NCBI RefSeq assembly: GCF_003367075.2 | Contig: NZ_CP065936.1 | Coordinates: 3,030,001 to 3,062,000 of the forward strand | DNA from: Cylindrospermopsis raciborskii Cr2010 | GTDB taxonomy: Bacteria; Cyanobacteriota; Cyanobacteriia; Cyanobacteriales; Nostocaceae | Direction: 5' to 3' | DNA: 32,000 bases | Part shown: positions 25,251 to 32,000 of the stretch, piece by piece | How the letters are laid out: every line of letters starts with the position of its first letter | How positions within the stretch are numbered: the first letter of the stretch is position 1 | Notes under the pieces: model-generated | What the model was told of the DNA's origin: nothing | What the model saw: only the letters and a program-made list of their open reading frames with translations | Database searches by the model: none | Program-made: the position numbers and the translations under genes

Positions 25251-28200
25251 ATGTCCAAATCTTCTCCTCCATCTTTCCCACAAAGCCCAAGTCAAACCCT
25301 ATGGTGGCTGTTTTTGACTCGTGGTAGCATAGCCTTGGGTGGGTCTGTGCTAATTTTATTAATTGGTGGAATGTGGTGGGTGCGGGGTTTTATCCACAAG
25401 GACCTAGTACCCTTAGCACAAAAGGGACTAACCTCAACTTTAAACCGTCCTGTGCAACTAGGAGCAGTGAAAGAATTTTCTCTAACTGGAGTGCGGTTTG
25501 CTGCTTCTGGTATTCCCCCAACTCCCACAGATTCCGATAGAATAGCTATCCAAGCAGTAGATGTAAGTTTTAATCCGTGGGATTTGGTAGTTAACCGTCA
25601 CCTAAAATTAGATGTTACTTTAATTGACCCAGATATTTATATTGAGCAGGATAATCAACAACGCTGGATTACCACCACTATTGCTCCTCCTGAAGAACCA
25701 GGAATTATTAAAACTGATTTAAGCAAGATAAGTATTCGCAACGGCAGATTAGTATTGGTACCAAATCAAAGATTGGAGACACCGGGGAGCGACACTAGTT
25801 CATCAGTTCCCATTACTCTTGCCAAACTGTATGGTAGGGTTCAGCTGTTAGATAACAATCAAAAATTTAAATTTGACCTAACTGGAAATAATCAAAGTGG
25901 TGGTGATATTTCTATAGCGGGAGATATGGAAACTAAACCAACACTTATGGGTAATGTAAATGTAAAAACTAAAGATTTATATATAGCCGATATTAGTCGT
26001 TTAATTCCAGCAGATATAAAAGTAAGATCGGGCAAGATTAATAGTGACATAAAAATCCAATTGACACCAGAAGATCCAGTTTTGTTATATGGCAATGCAA
26101 ATTTAGAAGGGGTAAATTGGCAATTAGGAAAAATACCACAACCTTTTAATAATACCCAGGGGAATATCAAGTTTCAGGGATCGGCAATTGAGATAGATAA
26201 TTTGGTGGGCAATTATGGCAAAATTCCTGTGGTGGCTAAAGGTTCAATTGACCAAAAACGGGGGTTTAATTTAAGTGGAGTTGTCAATGCTGTGAGCGCT
26301 TCCCAAGCTCTAGAAACATTAAAAATTAAGTTACCTGTTCCCGTGGGTGGTGTATTAAAAGCAGATTTACAATTTTTAGGTGATATTTCTCAACCCGTGC
26401 TTTTGGGTCAAGTAAGCAATATTAAAAATGCCCAAATTGATCGCCTGGATTTTGAGAAAGTCAGCGGCAAATTTGAACTAACTACCCGCACACCTCAGAT
26501 AGCTTTCAAAGAGATTCAAGTGGTATCTAGTTTAGGTGGTGAACTGACTGGATCGGGAAAAATTAATCTGGGTCAAATACCGGAAGTAAGCATGAATTTA
26601 AGTGCCAAAAATCTAGACGGTGACGCCTTATCTCGAGTTTATAGTCAGAGGAATAATGCTGATTTTCAAATCGGTAAACTATCAGCCACCGCCAATATAT
26701 CAGGAAAAACTAGCAATCTTCAGACCTGGGTAAAATGGCAAGCTCCACAAGCTACATACCCCCTAACTGGAGAAACAGTTATTAACCCCGATAACAGCAT
26801 TGATTTTCCTAATATCACCGTCAATATCAATGGCAATATAGTCCGAGCTTATGGAAATTATAATCGTCAAAAGTGGCAGGCGATCGCCCAAGCAAACAAT
26901 ATTAGATTAGCAAATCTTGAAAGCCTATTGAAAACCAAACTAGAAAATAACCTAGACAATATTAATTTAACCGACGCAGAGCTTAATGGTAAGTTAATTG
27001 TGTCGGGAACTTCTGACGACTTAAAAATTACTAATATTCAACCAGAGCAGTTAAATATCAATATTGCGGGTGGTAGAATAGGGCTTTCTCGTGTAGAACT
27101 AAATAACAATAAATTTACTGCCCACCTGGTCAGCGAGAATCTGCAGGTTGCCAAAATACTTAGGCAATCCCCACCCATTCTTAATTATCCTTTAGGGGGT
27201 AAATTAACTATTGTTGGTGACACAGAAAATATAAATCTCAAAACCTTAAATGCTAGTGGACAAGCGAAAGTACAAATCGACAATGGTAGAATTAACCTCC
27301 AGGAAATCAGAGTTAGTAATGGCAATTATCAAGCTAAAATAGCAATTGCTAACGTGCCTATACAAAAATTAGCATCCATGCCACCCGAATTAAAGGGAGG
27401 ATTAGGTGGTCAGTTAAATATTGCTGGATCTCTAGAAAATTTGCAACCAGAAAATATTCAAATAAATGGAGTAGCAGGAATAAATATTGCCGGGGGAAAA
27501 ATTACCGCTTCTGGAATTAAAATTAGTAAAGGTGCTTACCAAGCCATAGTCAGCGGTTATGGTGTAAAATTAAATCGGATCAATAAACAACTGTCCGGTG
27601 AAATTGGTGGAAAATTCCAACTAGCTGGTATTCTAGGGTCAGCTAAATTGGCGGATGTGCGTGCAGCAGGTGAAATAGAATTTAATCAAATTAGGGGAGG
27701 GATTAACTCACCCATAGTAGCTGGCATATATTGGAGTGGTCAGCAATTAAATATTGCCCAACTCAAGGGTAATAACTTCCATGCTAAAGGTTATATTTTA
27801 GCCAATGCCCAACAATCGGGAATGCCAGAACTTGGCGAGGTGAAAATTAGTTTGCAAGCCCAAGATTATGATTTTCAACAATTGCCATTTCCCGTTCCCT
27901 TAAAACTAAGAGGAAAGGCAGATTTTCAAGGTGAAATTACCGGTAAAATTACCACTCCCAATGTGGTAGGTAGGCTAGGTTTAAAAAATTTAGAGGTAGA
28001 GAAATTTTCCTTTGAACCATTATTAGATGGCAACATTAACTTAGTTCAAGGTCAAGATTTAACTTTGGATTTATCTGGTAAAACAGATAGATTAGCTGCC
28101 AACTTAAAGACTAATGACAATAGGAATAATCCATCGGGTAGGTTTTTATTCAAGTTGCAACAAATGTCAGTTGAGGGAAAATTGGAGGGGGAGAAATTAG

Positions 28201-30803
28201 CTATTGAAGCTAACAACTTACCCCTGGAAAAGTTAAACTTTAATTTACCAGATAATCCACTTATAGGTAAGGGAAGTATAGCTGGCTTATTGACTGGAAA
28301 CCTACAGATAAATTACAGGAATTTAGCAAGTAGGGGAAATATTGAGATCATTAAACCCCAACTAGCTAGAATTAAAGGAGACCTGTTTAAGACAGAATTC
28401 GATTATAACAATAATAATCAGAGAACTACTATTACAAATGGGGAATTTGTCAGTGGTGAAAGTCGCTATTTATTTGATGGTAGTTTCCAACAAACTCGTC
28501 AAGGACCGGAATTACAAAGTAAAATCAGGATCAGTCAAAGCAAAATCCAAAATTTACTCACCCTGGCACAAATCTTTGAACTTCAAGATTTGGGAAGAGG
28601 TTTTAGATTGCCAAAATATGGCGTAGCAGCTGATTTAAAAACCAACTCGCCCAGTAAAGTAAATCTATCTTTAGGAGAAAGAATACAAAAACTCGACAAG
28701 GTTGATGAAATTATTGCAGCAGAAAATAAAAATCGCTCCGATTCTCAACCTATTCCAGATTTGAAAGATATCAAAGGAACTTTTGGTGGTGATATTGATG
28801 TGAACCTAAGTGCAAGAACTGGAATAGCACTAAAATTTAAACTAGCAGGAGAAAACTTTACTTGGGGTAGACCAACCGAACCCGATCGCTTTTATAAAGT
28901 GGAAAAAATTCTGGCACAGGGCAATTTGGAGCGAGGGATTTTAAGTTTACAACCCCTGCGGATTCAAGAGAAAAACCAGCTCCTATCCTTTACTGGAAAT
29001 ATAGGTGGTGCAACACAGTCGGGAAAATTAACGGTTAACAATCTTTCCACAAAAATATTAAACAGATTTGTTAAATTGCCAGTGGGAATTGATGGTAATA
29101 TTAATGTCGATGCTGCGATCGCTGGTAGTTTAGCTAATCCTCAAACTAGAGGAGAATTAACAATTACAGAAGCACAACTTAACCAAAAGCCTATAGAGTC
29201 GGCAAATGCAAGTTTTAGTTATACTGATGGCCGTTTAAGGTTCGACAGTAAAATTTTGGCATCTGGTAGGGAACCAGTTGAGATTAATGGGGATATTCCC
29301 TATAAACTACCATTTGCATCCGTAGTACCAAATAGCAACATTATCCTAAACATGAAGGTGAAAAATGAGGGTTTAGGACTGTTGAATTTGTTTACGGATC
29401 AAGTATCTTTTGAAAATGGTGAAGGTGAAGTAAATTTAGCCATTCGGGGAACTCAAAGAAAACCAATAGTTAAAGGTATTGCTGCTCTAAAAAACGCCAC
29501 ATTTCTAGTGCCAAACTTAGTGGGCAAACTTACGGATGTTTCCGGACAAGCGGACTTCGACTTTGATAGAGTATCGGTGAATAATGTCCAAGGACTATTT
29601 AGTAAGGGTAAAATAGAAGTTGCAGGAGAAATTCCCATTTTTACTAGTAAAAATATCCAAATCAATAACCCTTTGAGTGTCAAGCTGGAACAATTATTAT
29701 TAAATATCAAGGGGTTATACAAAGGTACTGCTAATGGTAATTTAGTAATTACTGGATCTGCATTACAACCACTGATAGGTGGTGATATAGCATTATCAAA
29801 TGGGCAAGTTTTACTCACAGAATCTCAAACTGCTAATTCATCCCAAACTGAGGATGCAATTGATACTCCACTCTATCAAAATAACCTATTACCTATTCCT
29901 ACTAAACAGGTAAAACCTATCAATCAAAACAATAGTGGACCTGTCAGATTTCAAAACCTGCAAATTACCTTAGATCAGGGGATGCAAATAGCCAGTCCAC
30001 CTGTATTCAATTTCCTTTCCAGAGGAAAGTTAAATATCAATGGTGAATTAAATAATCTCATCCCCACAGGAAGTATTAGATTATTTAGAGGAGGAGTAAA
30101 TTTATTTACCACTCAATTTAATTTGATACGTAACTATGAGCACACCGCCACTTTTAGGGAGTTCAAACCCCGCATTCCTGAATTAGATGTGAAACTTTTT
30201 GCCAAGGTATTGGATGGGATCAAGACTACAGATCTAACCAGAGAGATTTCTACAGGATTATCCAAGTTAGAAACTATTCGGATAGAAGCACGGGTTAAGG
30301 GTTATGCAGATCAGTTGAATGATAATCTGGAAATGAAAAGTATTCCCTCCCGCTCCCAAACGGAAATTATTACTTTGCTCGGGGGATTAGGAAGTGAATT
30401 TGCTGATAACCAATCGCGTGGTGACACCACATTTGGTTTGATTAATATTGCTGGATCTGCTGTGGCAAATTATTTACAAATGGGGTTTAATTTTATTCGG
30501 GATGCTATTGGATTAAGCGAGTTACGGGTTTTTCCTACGGTTCTATCTCAGAAACCACAATCTAATAGAACTAATTCCAGTTTCATTAATTCAACTTTAA
30601 CTAATTCAACGGTGGAATTGGCTTTGGAAGCTGGTATGGATATCTTTGACAAGTTTTCTTTCTCAACTATTAAAATTATTACTACTCAGGATCCTTTACA
30701 ATGGGGTTTTAACTATAGACTAGACGATAATTTACGCCTTCGTGGGTCTAGTAATTTCACAGATGATACTCGTGGAGTAGTTGAGTTTGAAAGAAGATTT
30801 TAA
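25251..30803 (+). CDS. TamB-like translocation and assembly module protein (cyanobacterial homologue of plant TIC236; DUF490 C-terminus)
   Basis: 1850 aa with a single N-terminal TM anchor (LWWLFLTRGSIALGGSVLILLIGGMWWV). The body is very long, repetitive, beta-rich and Gly/Asn/Ile-rich. The C-terminal TamB/DUF490-like region ends ...LRLRGSSNFTDDTRGVVEFERRF. Confidence 0.8.
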   Translation: MSKSSPPSFPQSPSQTLWWLFLTRGSIALGGSVLILLIGGMWWVRGFIHKDLVPLAQKGLTSTLNRPVQLGAVKEFSLTGVRFAASGIPPTPTDSDRIAIQAVDVSFNPWDLVVNRHLKLDVTLIDPDIYIEQDNQQRWITTTIAPPEEPGIIKTDLSKISIRNGRLVLVPNQRLETPGSDTSSSVPITLAKLYGRVQLLDNNQKFKFDLTGNNQSGGDISIAGDMETKPTLMGNVNVKTKDLYIADISRLIPADIKVRSGKINSDIKIQLTPEDPVLLYGNANLEGVNWQLGKIPQPFNNTQGNIKFQGSAIEIDNLVGNYGKIPVVAKGSIDQKRGFNLSGVVNAVSASQALETLKIKLPVPVGGVLKADLQFLGDISQPVLLGQVSNIKNAQIDRLDFEKVSGKFELTTRTPQIAFKEIQVVSSLGGELTGSGKINLGQIPEVSMNLSAKNLDGDALSRVYSQRNNADFQIGKLSATANISGKTSNLQTWVKWQAPQATYPLTGETVINPDNSIDFPNITVNINGNIVRAYGNYNRQKWQAIAQANNIRLANLESLLKTKLENNLDNINLTDAELNGKLIVSGTSDDLKITNIQPEQLNINIAGGRIGLSRVELNNNKFTAHLVSENLQVAKILRQSPPILNYPLGGKLTIVGDTENINLKTLNASGQAKVQIDNGRINLQEIRVSNGNYQAKIAIANVPIQKLASMPPELKGGLGGQLNIAGSLENLQPENIQINGVAGINIAGGKITASGIKISKGAYQAIVSGYGVKLNRINKQLSGEIGGKFQLAGILGSAKLADVRAAGEIEFNQIRGGINSPIVAGIYWSGQQLNIAQLKGNNFHAKGYILANAQQSGMPELGEVKISLQAQDYDFQQLPFPVPLKLRGKADFQGEITGKITTPNVVGRLGLKNLEVEKFSFEPLLDGNINLVQGQDLTLDLSGKTDRLAANLKTNDNRNNPSGRFLFKLQQMSVEGKLEGEKLAIEANNLPLEKLNFNLPDNPLIGKGSIAGLLTGNLQINYRNLASRGNIEIIKPQLARIKGDLFKTEFDYNNNNQRTTITNGEFVSGESRYLFDGSFQQTRQGPELQSKIRISQSKIQNLLTLAQIFELQDLGRGFRLPKYGVAADLKTNSPSKVNLSLGERIQKLDKVDEIIAAENKNRSDSQPIPDLKDIKGTFGGDIDVNLSARTGIALKFKLAGENFTWGRPTEPDRFYKVEKILAQGNLERGILSLQPLRIQEKNQLLSFTGNIGGATQSGKLTVNNLSTKILNRFVKLPVGIDGNINVDAAIAGSLANPQTRGELTITEAQLNQKPIESANASFSYTDGRLRFDSKILASGREPVEINGDIPYKLPFASVVPNSNIILNMKVKNEGLGLLNLFTDQVSFENGEGEVNLAIRGTQRKPIVKGIAALKNATFLVPNLVGKLTDVSGQADFDFDRVSVNNVQGLFSKGKIEVAGEIPIFTSKNIQINNPLSVKLEQLLLNIKGLYKGTANGNLVITGSALQPLIGGDIALSNGQVLLTESQTANSSQTEDAIDTPLYQNNLLPIPTKQVKPINQNNSGPVRFQNLQITLDQGMQIASPPVFNFLSRGKLNINGELNNLIPTGSIRLFRGGVNLFTTQFNLIRNYEHTATFREFKPRIPELDVKLFAKVLDGIKTTDLTREISTGLSKLETIRIEARVKGYADQLNDNLEMKSIPSRSQTEIITLLGGLGSEFADNQSRGDTTFGLINIAGSAVANYLQMGFNFIRDAIGLSELRVFPTVLSQKPQSNRTNSSFINSTLTNSTVELALEAGMDIFDKFSFSTIKIITTQDPLQWGFNYRLDDNLRLRGSSNFTDDTRGVVEFERRF

Positions 30804-31714
30804 CGCTCTCGGGTAATTCCTATCTGTAAATAGGATAACCCTAGAATGATCAGGAATAGGACTAAACCAATAGTACAAGCGTACGTCAACTGTAGATTAC
30901 TAAATGCTTGCTCATATAAGTAATAAACAATTGTTTTGGAGCTATTGATAGGTCCACCACCAGTCATAATGTAAACTTCTTCAAAAACTTTAGTAGCGGA
31001 AATAGCGGAAATAACTGCTACTAGAGCTAAATAGGGACGCATTAGGGGAATAGTAATGTCTATATGTTGACGAATACCTTCAGAACCGTCAATAGCAGCA
31101 GCTTCATAAATGTCTTCGGGAATAGATTGTAAACCAGCTAGATAAATAACCATGTAATATCCCAAACCCTTCCAAATAGTCACAACCATAACGCTGGCCA
31201 GGGAAATGGGCACAATTCCTAAGATTTTATCTGGACTGGTTAACCAGGGAATCCCATCGGGAAAGATACCCAAGGTTTTGATTAATTGATTTAATAAACC
31301 ATTTTCTGCATATAACCATTTCCAAGCAATACCAGCAACTACCATGGAAATTACTACGGGTGTGTAATAAGCAGTTCTAAACCAACTCATTCCCCGTAAT
31401 TTTTGATTCACTAAAATTGCTAAAATTAAGGGTAGAATAACTAGAATTGGTACAACTCCCACCAGGTAAACAATAGTATTAACTAGGGTTAGCCAGAACA
31501 CAGGATCATACCATAACCGAACAAAGTTGTCAATACCTATAAATTTGGGGGACTCCCCAATATCTTGATAGGTGGTAAAACTCAGGTAAAAAGCTTGCAG
31601 TGCAGGTACAAAAACGGTTAAGCTTAGCAAAAACAAAGCAGGTATTAAAAAGAAGTAGGGGGTCAGTTTTTGTTTGATTCTATTCCAGGTTTTGAATGTT
31701 AGTTGATTGGTCAT
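30800..31714 (-). CDS. Carbohydrate-type ABC transporter permease (MalF/UgpA-like)
   Basis: The 304-aa product has 6 TM segments. Its EAA loop, EAAAIDGSEGIRQHIDITIPLMRP, is typical of binding-protein-dependent transport permeases. Confidence 0.85.
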   Translation of the reverse strand: MTNQLTFKTWNRIKQKLTPYFFLIPALFLLSLTVFVPALQAFYLSFTTYQDIGESPKFIGIDNFVRLWYDPVFWLTLVNTIVYLVGVVPILVILPLILAILVNQKLRGMSWFRTAYYTPVVISMVVAGIAWKWLYAENGLLNQLIKTLGIFPDGIPWLTSPDKILGIVPISLASVMVVTIWKGLGYYMVIYLAGLQSIPEDIYEAAAIDGSEGIRQHIDITIPLMRPYLALVAVISAISATKVFEEVYIMTGGGPINSSKTIVYYLYEQAFSNLQLTYACTIGLVLFLIILGLSYLQIGITRER

Positions 31715-31938
31715 GGCTTTGTTACTATTGTTGATCAGGATTTAACTATGTTTAAGTTTCCTATAGGTTTTGTATAGATTTCCGATTCTGAATTAATTGT
31801 AGTAAGATTTAATCGCAGTGATGCTGATTAGATGAGGAATAGATTGATTCATTGACATTGATATAGTAATCACTAAAAGAGTTAGCTGCTTAACTTACCA
31901 TTATTTCCCAGATAGATCCCAACAATCCTGAAATCCAC

Positions 31939-32000
31939 ATGTCGCAATTAAGAGATTCTCTGCGTCGCACCAAAATCGTTGCTACCATCGGACCTGCTAC
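31939..32000 (+). CDS. pyk: Pyruvate kinase; N-terminal 20 codons only, continuing beyond the window
   Basis: MSQLRDSLRRTKIVATIGPA matches the conserved pyruvate kinase N-terminus (R/K-TKIV-x-TIGP). Only 62 nt are visible. Confidence 0.6.
   Translation, partial: MSQLRDSLRRTKIVATIGPA

Noticed and set aside
250-29818. Antisense or out-of-frame track ORFs nested inside confident genes: 250-441, 836-1039, 2373-2636, 6824-7036, 13403-13594, 13871-14077, 18655-18913, 19166-19390, 20015-20215, 20487-20669, 21641-21835, 23340-23552, 24438-24752, 25292-25528, 25892-26170, 28438-28626 and 29453-29818
   Set aside because: Each lies wholly or mostly within a longer ORF that has clear family motifs. Their translations are low-complexity or Cys/Pro/Arg-skewed, as expected for shadow frames.
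1-32000. Search for CRISPR arrays, tRNA/rRNA genes, transposases or integrases, and defence-system genes
   Set aside because: I saw no regularly spaced 25-40-nt repeats, no tRNA T-arm/acceptor signatures, no rRNA-like conserved blocks, and no ORFs with DDE/tyrosine-recombinase, nuclease-helicase or NTPase defence signatures other than housekeeping recQ and the ABC-F protein. Composition looks uniform, so I make no mobile or accessory island call.

Overview
This is an AT-rich cyanobacterial chromosome segment, most likely from a heterocyst-forming Nostocales organism. Three things support that: I counted 13 HIP1 palindromes (GCGATCGC) by eye; apcF-glnA-gifA are arranged as I remember them in Anabaena/Nostoc PCC 7120; and there is a small RGSGR-motif gene of the PatX type. 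The window holds about 30 protein genes, nearly all core housekeeping. They are glmU (5' truncated), apcF, glnA, gifA, a SAM methyltransferase, a patX candidate, an FAD oxidoreductase, recQ, msrB, surE, pheS, a ChuX-like protein, an ABC-F ATPase, a PsiE-like protein, thrC, ndk, a TerC-family protein, acs, an 1850-aa TamB/TIC236-like protein, a lone sugar-type ABC permease and pyk (only the first 20 codons), plus about ten small or hypothetical ORFs. I saw no rRNA, tRNA, CRISPR array, transposase, integrase or recognisable defence genes. The most interesting content is regulatory and small. (1) A 77-aa ORF has a hydrophobic N-terminus, a Pro-rich linker and a C-terminal HRGSGR motif, with a TCCGGA (DIF1) motif 57 nt upstream, which fits the heterocyst-pattern inhibitor PatX. 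(2) glnA and gifA are convergent, each with a perfect GTA-N8-TAC NtcA box, one placed for activation and one for repression. (3) A third perfect NtcA box with a correctly spaced -10 lies 270 nt upstream of acs and could drive an unannotated nitrogen-stress transcript. (4) The recQ upstream intergenic region is dense with motifs. I did not find convincing evidence for a wholly new multi-gene system. The best unknown-function candidates are the two-gene cassette at 21633-22838 and the small-ORF cluster at 10356-11416, and both claims are weak.
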